Shown here in pieces: positions 26,786-34,999 of a stretch of 64,000 nucleotides of DNA (positions are counted from its first letter, which is position 1; every line of letters starts with the position of its first letter). The position numbers and the translations under genes are program-made. A model generated the notes under the pieces. The model saw nothing but the letters and a program-made list of their open reading frames with translations, made no database searches and was not told the origin of the DNA. Origin of the DNA: a phage; NCBI GenBank assembly GCA_020279385.1, contig GCA_020279385.1_4762.2; one strand, written 5' to 3'.

Positions 26786-28268
26786 TATCATTAACCAGCT
26801 TGCAGCGACCGACAAAACATCGCTGAAAGAAAAGATTCTGAAAGAATCCGCGAGCAATGAAACGCTGAAAGAATGCTTTTATCTGGCATATTGCAAACAG
26901 GTTACGTTTGGCGTAAAGAAATACGATAAACCATCGCGCTATTCGTCTGTATTGTCTTTATCCGGTGCATTACAGGTCTTTAAAAATAAACTTGCCACGC
27001 GTCAAGTAACTGGTAATGCAGCATTACAGCTAGTTACCGATACTCTGACTTGCTTGTCAGAGGATGATGCTAAAGTTGCAATGATGGTCCTGAATCGTGA
27101 TCTGGAATGCGGTTGTTCCGCCACCACTGCAAACAAGGTATGGAAGAAACTGATCCCCCAGCAGCCGTGTCACCTTGCATCGTCATATTCTGATAAGGCT
27201 ATTGCTAATATCAAGTATCCGGCGTATGCACAACTTAAAAGCGATGGTGCTCGTGGTATGGCTGATATTGACGGGGAAACATTAGCAATCTATACCCGTT
27301 CAGGTAATACCTATCAGGGACTTGATGATTTGTTTGCGGTTTTAGAGCGTCTACGAGGCCGTGGAATTGTTCTAGATGGCGAATTGGTATATATGCCTAC
27401 CCTTTCGCAAACACCAGCGCAGAACTTCGTTGAGAGCGTTTATGATGGTACTCTGTCATGGATATTTGAAGAAGAGGAAATGCCATTAACGCCAGTAGCG
27501 GAAGCAGTAAAAGAATCCGTTGTTGCAGACCGTCAGACCGGAAATGGTATCCTCAACAAATCACTTAAAGGAACTATTCCAAAAGAAGAAGCCCAATGTA
27601 TTGTTTATACTGTCTGGGATGTTATCGACCGTGATGTGTATTACGGAAACGAGAAAGCAACGAAGCAATATAAAGATCGATTCGAAGAACTAAAACAGAT
27701 TGTTGAAGAACTTAACGATCCTCGTGTTCAGATAATCGAAAATACTGTAGTTAACAATATCGATGAAGCTCGCGAAGTATATCATCGCTATGTAAACATG
27801 GGCTTAGAAGGTATTATCCTTAAAAATTTACATGGTGTATTTGAAGATCGTCGCAGTAAAGATCAGGTTAAATTTAAAGAAGTGATTGACTTCGACGCTG
27901 AAATTGTTGATGTATATCCGCATAGTAAAGATCCTAATAAGGTAGGCGGTTTTACTGTCCGTAGTGCGTGCGGACGAATGATGACTAACACCGGATCGGG
28001 ATTAACCGACACCACAACCGAAAAAGGTGATGATGGTATTGAACGTGTAATTCCGTTCGATCGTCGAAATGAACTCGACCGAGAAATGTTATGGGCTGAC
28101 CGTCATAACCTGATTGGAAAAGTCATTGAGATGACATGCAACGGGTACATTCGCAGCAAATCACGTAAAGAAGATGAACCGGAGTTCTCTTTATTTCTCC
28201 CGATCATCAAACGTATTCGCTACGACAAGACCACTGCAAATACAGTAAAAGAGGTATTCGATGTGTGA
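26772..28268 (+). CDS. 30: ATP-dependent DNA ligase
   Basis: Ligase motif I KYPAYAQLKSDGARG and LDGELVY resemble T4 gp30 as recalled (KFPAFAQLKADGARC, IDGELVY); start set at ATG after GAGGTGA. Confidence 0.9.
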   Translation: MSILNIINQLAATDKTSLKEKILKESASNETLKECFYLAYCKQVTFGVKKYDKPSRYSSVLSLSGALQVFKNKLATRQVTGNAALQLVTDTLTCLSEDDAKVAMMVLNRDLECGCSATTANKVWKKLIPQQPCHLASSYSDKAIANIKYPAYAQLKSDGARGMADIDGETLAIYTRSGNTYQGLDDLFAVLERLRGRGIVLDGELVYMPTLSQTPAQNFVESVYDGTLSWIFEEEEMPLTPVAEAVKESVVADRQTGNGILNKSLKGTIPKEEAQCIVYTVWDVIDRDVYYGNEKATKQYKDRFEELKQIVEELNDPRVQIIENTVVNNIDEAREVYHRYVNMGLEGIILKNLHGVFEDRRSKDQVKFKEVIDFDAEIVDVYPHSKDPNKVGGFTVRSACGRMMTNTGSGLTDTTTEKGDDGIERVIPFDRRNELDREMLWADRHNLIGKVIEMTCNGYIRSKSRKEDEPEFSLFLPIIKRIRYDKTTANTVKEVFDV

Positions 28269-28737
28269 TAATGAAGGGGCGAAAGCCCCTAAACCTAAAA
28301 AATTGTCAAAGAAAGAGCAACGCCAGATCCTGAAAATGAAATACGGTGGACGTTGTGCCTATTGTGGCGAGGAACTAGGGGATCGCTGGCACGCAGACCA
28401 CATCAAACCAGTATTGCGACGCTCAAAAGTAGTCTATGATGAAAATGGACGAATTGCCCGTAATGATGATGGATCGTGGAAGTATAAGGTTGTAGGAATG
28501 CATAAACCGGAACATGATATACTTGATAACATGAATCCGTCGTGTGTGCAATGCAATCTTTATAAAAGCTGTATGGGCTTAGAATACTGGCGTAAGTGTA
28601 TACGCGAGAACTTCCAGAAATACATTCAGCGCAATATGGGGTTGCGAGCGGCTAAACGCTTTGGCTTACTGTCAATCCACGACCAGCCAGTAGAATTTTA
28701 TTTCGAAAAGTATGAGCGCGAGCATCAAGAAAAATAA
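28261..28737 (+). CDS. HNH endonuclease (small, free-standing)
   Basis: CAYCGEELGDRWHADHIKP...NMNPSCVQCNLYK: HNH His-Me finger with Cys pairs. Confidence 0.75.
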   Translation: MCDNEGAKAPKPKKLSKKEQRQILKMKYGGRCAYCGEELGDRWHADHIKPVLRRSKVVYDENGRIARNDDGSWKYKVVGMHKPEHDILDNMNPSCVQCNLYKSCMGLEYWRKCIRENFQKYIQRNMGLRAAKRFGLLSIHDQPVEFYFEKYEREHQEK

Positions 28738-28750
28738 TTCAAAAAAGTTG

Positions 28751-28779
28751 TTGACAGGGGATCACCGATCCCCTATACT
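28751..28779 (+). promoter_or_regulatory. PeSL-type early promoter
   Basis: TTGACA - GGGGATCACCGATCCCC palindrome as 17-nt spacer - TATACT; then ...CGAAACGA...AGGAGAATCAA leader. Confidence 0.55.
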
Positions 28780-28813
28780 ACACACATACCGAAACGAACT
28801 AGGAGAATCAATT

Positions 28814-28993
28814 ATGAACTTCAACGAAATCATCGCTAAAATCCGCTACAACGAAGAAACCATTGAACTGATGCAAAACAATATCACCAATGGTTATATG
28901 ATTGCAGCGTCACAAGAAATCATTGATTTGACGGTAGCAGAAAATGCTCAGTTGAAACATCAACTTTCAACGGCTGGCGTGATTGTTATGTAA
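28814..28993 (+). CDS. Hypothetical small protein (59 aa)
   Basis: ATG after AGGAGAATCAATT; track ORF 28712.. starts inside the previous gene. Confidence 0.45.
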   Translation: MNFNEIIAKIRYNEETIELMQNNITNGYMIAASQEIIDLTVAENAQLKHQLSTAGVIVM

Positions 28994-29010
28994 TAAAGAG
29001 AGGTGACTAA

Positions 29011-29313
29011 ATGGCAAAAGTTAAGGTAGGCGAGGTCTTCAAAATGGAAGACCACACCGTGGAAGAGATGAAAGGCGCAGTATTGAAAGTAACTAATTCA
29101 ATGTGTCGTAGTGTGCTTTACATCAACTTTATAGACGGTGATGTGTGGTGGGCTAGCGATAGCGATAAATGGGATATCAAGTTCTACAAAGGTCATACTC
29201 ACTGGTTAGGAACAGAGGATGTTGTAGAAGTTCTGGCGGTTGATGTTATGCCAGGCGAGATCGAAAGTCTTAGCGGAACCGCAAAAGAAGCATTGACACG
29301 CCATTTTGTGTGA
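29011..29313 (+). CDS. HxHW-motif small protein, paralogue 1
   Basis: ...KFYKGHTHWLGTEDVVEVLAVDV... Confidence 0.55.
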   Translation: MAKVKVGEVFKMEDHTVEEMKGAVLKVTNSMCRSVLYINFIDGDVWWASDSDKWDIKFYKGHTHWLGTEDVVEVLAVDVMPGEIESLSGTAKEALTRHFV

Positions 29314-29370
29314 TATAATATAACAATCATTGGGAGGGGTAATACTCTCCCACAAATTGAGGATAATATT

Positions 29371-29562
29371 ATGTGTGGTCTTAAAATGGTTGCTGAATAT
29401 AAGCGAACTGGTAATATTATTATGTATCGACGCAATGCCAACGAAGACTGGAAACCTTCCAACCGCATTAAATCCATCCAGACGTTTATGAATAACATCA
29501 AAGAAAACCTTTTCGTTAAGCGTGTTGGCGCTGAACATTGGGAAGTTTACGAAGCTGTATAA
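29371..29562 (+). CDS. Hypothetical small protein (63 aa)
   Basis: ORF with AGGATAATATT ATG start context. Confidence 0.35.
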   Translation: MCGLKMVAEYKRTGNIIMYRRNANEDWKPSNRIKSIQTFMNNIKENLFVKRVGAEHWEVYEAV

Positions 29563-29578
29563 TTTTGAGGAAAATATT

Positions 29579-29881
29579 ATGGAACGTACCAATTTGTTTG
29601 TAACCGAACCTTTCGTTGAAGGAAACAAGAACCTTGCTAATACGGTTATTCTTTACGAAGATTGGATCTTTTACATCGATGAGAATTTAGATGTATATTG
29701 TCGTCCAACCCCAAATGACTCATTCTATATCGAAGAAAACGATACCCATAATCATTGGTATGACGGAAACGACGAAACCGATCTTGCTATTGTTCTCGAA
29801 TCCGGCGTAGAATCGGAACATGCCGATGAAGTAGCAGACAAATTTATGAAATACGCATATAAAGATAAAGTTGAAGAATAA
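29579..29881 (+). CDS. HxHW-motif small protein, paralogue 2
   Basis: ...IFYIDENLDVY...NDTHNHWYDGNDETDLAIVLE... Confidence 0.5.
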   Translation: MERTNLFVTEPFVEGNKNLANTVILYEDWIFYIDENLDVYCRPTPNDSFYIEENDTHNHWYDGNDETDLAIVLESGVESEHADEVADKFMKYAYKDKVEE

Positions 29882-29889
29882 AAAAGTTG

Positions 29890-29918
29890 TTGACAGGGGA
29901 TCGGTGATCCCCTATAAT
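29890..29918 (+). promoter_or_regulatory. PeSL-type early promoter
   Basis: TTGACA - GGGGATCGGTGATCCCC - TATAAT. Confidence 0.55.
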
Positions 29919-29951
29919 GCACACATACCAACGAGATATAGGAGAATCAAA

Positions 29952-30119
29952 ATGTTCCAGACTAAAGCAGAATGCGAAGCATACATTGTAGCAAACCACG
30001 GTGAAGACTACCTGAAATTCGATATCGTAGTAGCACAGAAGATCACCGGAATGGTTGCAAAATATCTAGGTGTTAAAGAAGGTTACTATCCAAGCAACGC
30101 ACCAGAAATTAACAAATAA
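29952..30119 (+). CDS. Hypothetical small protein (55 aa), duplicated cassette copy 1
   Basis: MFQTKAECEAYIVANHGEDYLKFDIVVAQKITGMVAKYLGVKEGYYPSNAPEINK; near-identical to 33212..33379. Confidence 0.55.
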   Translation: MFQTKAECEAYIVANHGEDYLKFDIVVAQKITGMVAKYLGVKEGYYPSNAPEINK

Positions 30120-30122
30120 TAG

Positions 30123-30151
30123 TTGACAATGATTAAAGGGAGTAGTAAGAT
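30123..30151 (+). promoter_or_regulatory. PeSL-type early promoter
   Basis: TTGACA - 17 nt - TAAGAT within GGGAGTAGTAAGATACTCCC stem-loop. Confidence 0.45.
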
Positions 30152-30183
30152 ACTCCCATCAAGACAACAAACGGAGAATCAAA

Positions 30184-30363
30184 ATGAAAGCTATCGAAGT
30201 TCAGAAGTACATGGAACTCATCATTGAAGGTAAAGCACATACAGTATTGACTACCAACGTAGGATATGATAAAAATGTGCATATGCTGGTAGACAATATC
30301 GGCTGGATGAAGTTTAATCCTAATGAGAATGTACAAGCTCAAGAAATGACCATCCCTTTCTAA
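30184..30363 (+). CDS. Hypothetical small protein (59 aa)
   Basis: MKAIEVQKYMELIIEGKAHTVL...; ATG after GGAGAATCAAA. Confidence 0.4.
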   Translation: MKAIEVQKYMELIIEGKAHTVLTTNVGYDKNVHMLVDNIGWMKFNPNENVQAQEMTIPF

Positions 30364-30375
30364 GAGGAATATATT

Positions 30376-30654
30376 ATGATGCGAATTACTGCAACGCTGG
30401 ATAAGACACACAAAGAAAGATTTTTCGGTATGATCTTAAAAACGCCGATTTTCGATAATTACCTTTATGTTGACTATGAAGGCCATATTAGCTATAAATG
30501 TAAAAATGATATTCGTGATTCCTTTGGTGATAAATCACAAGCTGATATTCACGATCATTGGTGGACCTTCGACGAACCTTTACGGATTATCGCAGTTGAT
30601 GTAAAAACAATAAAAGAAGCTGATAAGGTAGTTAACGATTATGAGCAAATTTAA
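30376..30654 (+). CDS. HxHW-motif small protein, paralogue 3
   Basis: ...YLYVDYEGHISY...ADIHDHWWTFDEPLRIIAVDV... Confidence 0.55.
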   Translation: MMRITATLDKTHKERFFGMILKTPIFDNYLYVDYEGHISYKCKNDIRDSFGDKSQADIHDHWWTFDEPLRIIAVDVKTIKEADKVVNDYEQI

Positions 30655-30850
30655 AGACTATAAAGCATATCAACAGATCCTGCGAGTATACGCACCAGAG
30701 TTCGCCGAAAAGATGATGGAAGATGCATCAAAATGCCCGTCCTTTTCTGGAAACAAAAACCATTATTCGACTGGTATTGTGTCATGGAAAGAAACCGCAT
30801 ATACTCAACAATGGATAGATGTGTTTTCAAAAACTCTTGAGTGGTGTTAA
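30641..30850 (+). CDS. Hypothetical small protein (69 aa), MSKFKDY paralogue A
   Basis: MSKFKDYKAYQQILRVYAPEFAEKMMEDASKC... Confidence 0.5.
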   Translation: MSKFKDYKAYQQILRVYAPEFAEKMMEDASKCPSFSGNKNHYSTGIVSWKETAYTQQWIDVFSKTLEWC

Positions 30851-30852
30851 TT

Positions 30853-31068
30853 ATGAGCAAATTTAAAGATTATCGAGCATATAAAGCGATCTGCGATATA
30901 TTCGATGAAAAGACCGCTCATGAAATGATGGAAGATGCAGAACAATATGAATCATTCGTCAATTCCAAAGATTGCACAGTAAACGGGATTGTGTGCTGGA
31001 AAGATACAAAGTATGAAGAAAAATGGATTACCGTGTATTACGGAGAACTAGAATATGAAATTAACTAA
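30853..31068 (+). CDS. Hypothetical small protein (71 aa), MSKFKDY paralogue B
   Basis: MSKFKDYRAYKAICDIFDEKTAHEMMEDAEQY...; tandem paralogue of previous ORF. Confidence 0.5.
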   Translation: MSKFKDYRAYKAICDIFDEKTAHEMMEDAEQYESFVNSKDCTVNGIVCWKDTKYEEKWITVYYGELEYEIN

Positions 31069-31375
31069 AAAGATTTTCCCAGAATTGCGTAACTGTCTGT
31101 TATTGGTTACTGAATATAAGCCGTATACGATCTACTTGTATGTTGATGAAAATCTGAAAATCCGTTACTATGATTATACGTCTCCAGTGATGAAATCATT
31201 TGCTCACTCGATAGCAAATAACTGTATGAATCACAATCATTGGGTATCAGAAACGGATGACGATGCGTCAGAAGTTGTAGTGGTTGCATGGAATCTATCA
31301 CCAGCGGAAGCAGATCAAGCACGCATTAAGCATTATGCGAAAAACAATTGGTTTGACCTTATAAGTGAGGACTAA
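31055..31375 (+). CDS. HxHW-motif small protein, paralogue 4
   Basis: ...YLYVDENLKIRYY...NHNHWVSETDDDASEVVVVAWN... Confidence 0.5.
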   Translation: MKLTKKIFPELRNCLLLVTEYKPYTIYLYVDENLKIRYYDYTSPVMKSFAHSIANNCMNHNHWVSETDDDASEVVVVAWNLSPAEADQARIKHYAKNNWFDLISED

Positions 31376-31379
31376 TATT

Positions 31380-31658
31380 ATGTTCAAAGTAGGTGATAAG
31401 TTTATTCTTAGTCGTGATATTCTCCCTAATCTGAAAGGTTGTATCATCAATCCTAGTAAAAATTCATGGTTTTATCTGTTTATCGACGACAAACTGAATG
31501 TACGCGCAGAATATAAAGAAGGTCTTCGTACTGGTCTAGGTTTCTTTCACGATCATGATCATAGCCATTGGTTAAACGGTGGATTCGAAGCAACGGTGCT
31601 AGCGGTTGACGTGACCTACACAAACATCATAGAAAAATATCAAAAAATTATTTTATAA
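31380..31658 (+). CDS. HxHW-motif small protein, paralogue 5
   Basis: ...FYLFIDDKLNVRAEY...HDHSHWLNGGFEATVLAVDV...; ATG after GTGAGGACTAATATT. Confidence 0.55.
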   Translation: MFKVGDKFILSRDILPNLKGCIINPSKNSWFYLFIDDKLNVRAEYKEGLRTGLGFFHDHDHSHWLNGGFEATVLAVDVTYTNIIEKYQKIIL

Positions 31659-31664
31659 AAAGTG

Positions 31665-31693
31665 TTGACACCGGATCGGGGATATAGCATAAT
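31665..31693 (+). promoter_or_regulatory. PeSL-type early promoter
   Basis: TTGACA - 17 nt - CATAAT inside GGGGATATAGCATAATATCCCC stem-loop. Confidence 0.5.
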
Positions 31694-31739
31694 ATCCCCA
31701 TCGAAACGAGATACACTTTCTAACTAGGAGAATCAAATT

Positions 31740-32027
31740 ATGGCATACATTACTATCACTCTGAAAGTTAACAAATTTGCTCACGCTGCACACGAAACAG
31801 ACAATGCAATCCGTAACAACAAGTTCGCACGTCTGGTACGCGATGCAGTAGCTAAAGAGTTCAACTTCAAATTTGCAGACGGTAAAGTTATCACTAAATG
31901 GACTCATGACGGAGAAACTAAAGTAGAACTTGCTGATAACTTCGCAAATCAGGAATATGCACACCGTCGCATTAATGAAATTATCAGCGATGAACTCTAC
32001 TACGGTGTACAGGAAGGACTGTTTTAA
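31740..32027 (+). CDS. Hypothetical protein (95 aa)
   Basis: ATG after AGGAGAATCAAATT. Confidence 0.5.
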   Translation: MAYITITLKVNKFAHAAHETDNAIRNNKFARLVRDAVAKEFNFKFADGKVITKWTHDGETKVELADNFANQEYAHRRINEIISDELYYGVQEGLF

Positions 32028-32030
32028 TAT

Positions 32031-32056
32031 ACGGGGCGTTAAGCCCCACCCCTTTT
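32031..32056 (+). terminator. Stem-loop / terminator
   Basis: GGGGCGTTAAGCCCC hairpin followed by ACCCCTTTTCATCC. Confidence 0.45.
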
Positions 32057-32080
32057 CATCCAACTATTGAGGATAATACT

Positions 32081-32389
32081 ATGAAAGATAATATCTTTGA
32101 ATTTACCCGCGAAAATCTCCCAATGTTCCGAAAGTCTCTGCTTAAACTAGAGAACAGCAATTACAACGTATATTTTTACATCACCGAAGACCTAGAGATC
32201 CTTTACGCAGATTATCCAGGTCCGATCCGTACCTTCGAAGAAGCATCGCAGTATAAAAATGTTCACGGTCATGAGCACTGGTTACGAGAAAACCCAGGTC
32301 GCAAGAAAGCACGCGTTAAAGTGTTGGCGATTGACATAACACCAGCATACGCCGACCGGATTGCACTGAATGATTATTTGTCTAAATGA
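32081..32389 (+). CDS. HxHW-motif small protein, paralogue 6
   Basis: ...YFYITEDLEILYAD...HGHEHWLRENPGRKKARVKVLAIDI... Confidence 0.55.
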   Translation: MKDNIFEFTRENLPMFRKSLLKLENSNYNVYFYITEDLEILYADYPGPIRTFEEASQYKNVHGHEHWLRENPGRKKARVKVLAIDITPAYADRIALNDYLSK

Positions 32390-32395
32390 TTTCAT

Positions 32396-32426
32396 TAGCC
32401 GACCTTAGTGTCGGCTTTTTTATTTC
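32396..32426 (+). terminator. Rho-independent terminator
   Basis: AGCCGACCTTAGTGTCGGCT hairpin followed by TTTTTTATTTCC. Confidence 0.65.
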
Positions 32427-32444
32427 CAAAAATTAAAAAAGTTG

Positions 32445-32473
32445 TTGACACCTGATCACGCCTATAGCACAAT
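32445..32473 (+). promoter_or_regulatory. PeSL-like early promoter (weaker -10)
   Basis: AAAAAAGTTGTTGACA ... CACAAT, then ACACACATCGAAACGAGATACCACTTAGGAGAATCAAACA ATG leader. Confidence 0.4.
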
Positions 32474-32513
32474 ACACACATCGAAACGAGATACCACTTA
32501 GGAGAATCAAACA

Positions 32514-32783
32514 ATGGCACTGACTAAAACCACTACCAACTTTGCAAAACGTCACGGCTTCGACCTTGAAATCAATAGCTTTAACGATTACACCCTTCTG
32601 TGTGTATATGAAATCGAAAATGATTGCGAGTGGATGTTCAGCTATCGCGTAAACGAAGACGGATCTTTCACTTGGAACGGAAATATCTATCTTGCACAGG
32701 AAGTAAAAGAAGAACTTCCGGCGACTATCAAAGATGAGAAACATTTACGTCAAGTTTTAAAATTTATTTCTGAAAATATCTAA
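32514..32783 (+). CDS. Hypothetical protein (89 aa)
   Basis: ATG after conserved leader/RBS. Confidence 0.5.
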   Translation: MALTKTTTNFAKRHGFDLEINSFNDYTLLCVYEIENDCEWMFSYRVNEDGSFTWNGNIYLAQEVKEELPATIKDEKHLRQVLKFISENI

Positions 32784-32791
32784 AAAAGTTG

Positions 32792-32820
32792 TTGACACCA
32801 AAGTAAGAACATAGCATAAT
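32792..32820 (+). promoter_or_regulatory. PeSL-like early promoter
   Basis: AAAAAAGTTGTTGACA - 17 nt - CATAAT, then ACACACATACCGAAACGAACTGGAGAATCAAAA ATG. Confidence 0.5.
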
Positions 32821-32853
32821 ACACACATACCGAAACGAACTGGAGAATCAAAA

Positions 32854-33135
32854 ATGAAATTCATCAAAGCAACCGAAATCCTGAAAAACAAAGAAGCATA
32901 CATCGGAAACATCGTTGGTATGAACATTCGCGGCGCTGGTAGCCAGTGGACCAAACTGGTTGATGTTAAAGCTAAAGGCGATAAAATTGAGTTCACTGTA
33001 AAAATGCTTACTCATAACGCACATATGGGTATCAAGACAAAAACGATGGCCGCAGATAAAAGCATCAACTATCAAGATCTGGGCGATTGGTTGAACTGGT
33101 GCAAAATGCACAACATCGAAACTAATCACGAATAA
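32854..33135 (+). CDS. Hypothetical protein (93 aa)
   Basis: ATG after conserved leader/RBS. Confidence 0.5.
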   Translation: MKFIKATEILKNKEAYIGNIVGMNIRGAGSQWTKLVDVKAKGDKIEFTVKMLTHNAHMGIKTKTMAADKSINYQDLGDWLNWCKMHNIETNHE

Positions 33136-33149
33136 TTTTAAAAAAGTTG

Positions 33150-33178
33150 TTGACGGGGATCGGGAGATCCCCTATAAT
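33150..33178 (+). promoter_or_regulatory. PeSL-type early promoter
   Basis: TTGACG - GGGATCGGGAGATCCC palindrome spacer - TATAAT. Confidence 0.55.
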
Positions 33179-33211
33179 ACACACATAACGAAACGAAATA
33201 GGAGAATCAAA

Positions 33212-33379
33212 ATGTTCGAGACTAAAGCAGCATGTGAAGCATATATCATTGAAACCCACGGCGAAGATTATCTGAAATTTGACATTGTAGTAGCACAGAA
33301 GATTGTAGGGATGGTTGCGAAATACCTCGGAGTTAAAGAAGGTTACTATCCTAGCAACGCACCAGAAATTAACAAATAA
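33212..33379 (+). CDS. Hypothetical small protein (55 aa), duplicated cassette copy 2
   Basis: MFETKAACEAYIIETHGEDYLKFDIVVAQKIVGMVAKYLGVKEGYYPSNAPEINK; ~90% identical to the 29952..30119 product. Confidence 0.55.
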   Translation: MFETKAACEAYIIETHGEDYLKFDIVVAQKIVGMVAKYLGVKEGYYPSNAPEINK

Positions 33380-33393
33380 TTTTATAAAAAGTG

Positions 33394-33422
33394 TTGACAG
33401 GGGAGGATAACTCCCCTACAAT
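33394..33422 (+). promoter_or_regulatory. PeSL-type early promoter
   Basis: TTGACA - GGGGAGGATAACTCCCC spacer - TACAAT. Confidence 0.5.
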
Positions 33423-33462
33423 ACAACCATCAAGACGAGATACCACTTAGGAGAATCAAACA

Positions 33463-33714
33463 ATGGCTAACATCGAAACCGCAAAGAAAATCGCTAAAGA
33501 CCTGAACGTTAAAGGCTTCCGTAAACTGAAATTACAGCGTGTACGCTACACCATCGGCAAACAGTGCTCTTTCATGAGCGAAGAAGTTGCTAACAGCCTC
33601 ATTGATAACCTGATTGCGGCTGGCTGGGAAGTTGCGGATCTGAAAACTTGCCGCGAACTGGCTAACAAAGGTCTTTTAGATTCTGTTACTATCAAACCAA
33701 TGGGGGCAGCGTGA
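33463..33714 (+). CDS. Hypothetical protein (83 aa), first gene of coupled operon
   Basis: MANIETAKKIAKDL...; ATG after TAGGAGAATCAAACA. Confidence 0.5.
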   Translation: MANIETAKKIAKDLNVKGFRKLKLQRVRYTIGKQCSFMSEEVANSLIDNLIAAGWEVADLKTCRELANKGLLDSVTIKPMGAA

Positions 33715-33956
33715 AAAGAAAATTAATTAAACGCAATAAGGAATTTCTTAATAACTGCATTAAGGCCGCTAATGGTTGGCCTTTGTTCCTCTTCCTTTAT
33801 GATTGGTATTCTAAACAATCGGTAGAGGAAACACGACACTATAAGAAGATCAGAAAAGAATCATATACAAAACAAGGCCGCATTAACGGACTTTACTTAA
33901 TGTGGCACGGCAAAGAACCTTCTAAAATCTGTGTTGGATTAAAGGGGCGTATATGA
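33711..33956 (+). CDS. Hypothetical protein (81 aa)
   Basis: GTG start overlapping upstream stop (GTGA); basic N-terminus, hydrophobic WPLFLFLYDWY segment. Confidence 0.4.
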   Translation: MKRKLIKRNKEFLNNCIKAANGWPLFLFLYDWYSKQSVEETRHYKKIRKESYTKQGRINGLYLMWHGKEPSKICVGLKGRI

Positions 33957-34669
33957 AACAAAAATTAATATTCTGCAACTTTGACGGATCGGGGATAATG
34001 GGGCTAGAATGGGCTAAAGCAGGTCATAAGGTGATCTGCTTTAATGCTGACGATGGCGACCACGGCACATACAAAAAGTATAATACCCGATTTGAACATC
34101 CAAACATTACCTATGTAAACACATGGATTGATTTGAACTGGCTGGAAAGAGCAATGGACCTTGAATGGGGGAAACCGGATATTATCTTTGCATTCCCACC
34201 GTGCACCAATTTAGCTGTTAGTGGCGCTGCACACTTTGAACGAAAGAAACGAGAACAAGGACCATTGATTCAAGTTCATGATGTAAGGGCAGCTAAAATA
34301 ACCGCTTATTTGGGTGAATGGCTAGGAGTTCCCTACATGATAGAGAATCCTGTAAGCGTTATCTCTAGCATGTGGCGTAAGCCTGATTATATGTTCCATC
34401 CGTGGGAATATGGTGGTTATTTGCCGGAAGATGATAAGCATCCTACGTTTCCTGAGTATATTGCCGCCCGTGATATGTACCCGAAAAAGACTTGCTTATG
34501 GACCGGACAAGGCTTTATGATGCCAGAAAAGAAACCTTTGCAGATTAATAAAGGGTACAGTAAACAGCATTCTAAGCTAGGCGGGAAAGGAACGAAAACA
34601 AAGACTATAAGGTCACTTACCCCGCGAGGATTCGCAAAGGCAGTATTTGAAGCCAATAAGGATCTATGA
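33953..34669 (+). CDS. Cytosine-C5 methyltransferase-like protein (divergent, no obvious target-recognition domain)
   Basis: FCNFDGSGIMG (motif I-like), FAFPPCTNLAVSGA (motif IV-like Pro-Cys), YMIENPVSV (motif VI ENV-like); 238 aa; ATGA overlap with neighbours. Confidence 0.5.
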   Translation: MKQKLIFCNFDGSGIMGLEWAKAGHKVICFNADDGDHGTYKKYNTRFEHPNITYVNTWIDLNWLERAMDLEWGKPDIIFAFPPCTNLAVSGAAHFERKKREQGPLIQVHDVRAAKITAYLGEWLGVPYMIENPVSVISSMWRKPDYMFHPWEYGGYLPEDDKHPTFPEYIAARDMYPKKTCLWTGQGFMMPEKKPLQINKGYSKQHSKLGGKGTKTKTIRSLTPRGFAKAVFEANKDL

Positions 34670-34998
34670 TGAGATTGTTTAAGTATTCGCTAACGTCAAA
34701 TTACGATAAACAAGGTCATTGCATCCGTTGCCCTGATTGTCATAGCCATAACATCGAAAGCAAGATCACCGATCATATTGATGGACTTTGGTCGCCAGCA
34801 AGTGAAATAGAATACTATTGCTCTGATTGTGGAATTGTAGTAGCATATTGGGCATACGGATCATATGATCCATACTTCCAGATGGGAGAGCGTTCAATCC
34901 CTGCGCTCATCTGGAGAATTAAGAACAATATCCGCCATTCATGGGATGAGTTCTTAAAAGATATTGATTTACGTGATGATCCATTCAGGAGACTATAA
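34666..34998 (+). CDS. Zinc-ribbon protein (110 aa)
   Basis: CIRCPDC ... CSDCG (CxxC-x29-CxxC); coupled to flanking genes. Confidence 0.5.
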   Translation: MMRLFKYSLTSNYDKQGHCIRCPDCHSHNIESKITDHIDGLWSPASEIEYYCSDCGIVVAYWAYGSYDPYFQMGERSIPALIWRIKNNIRHSWDEFLKDIDLRDDPFRRL

Positions 34999-34999
34999 C

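Noticed and set aside
29206-29628. 140-aa minus-strand ORF in the accessory region
   Set aside because: Overlaps three plus-strand ORFs that have RBS/promoter context and family relationships; no RBS of its own
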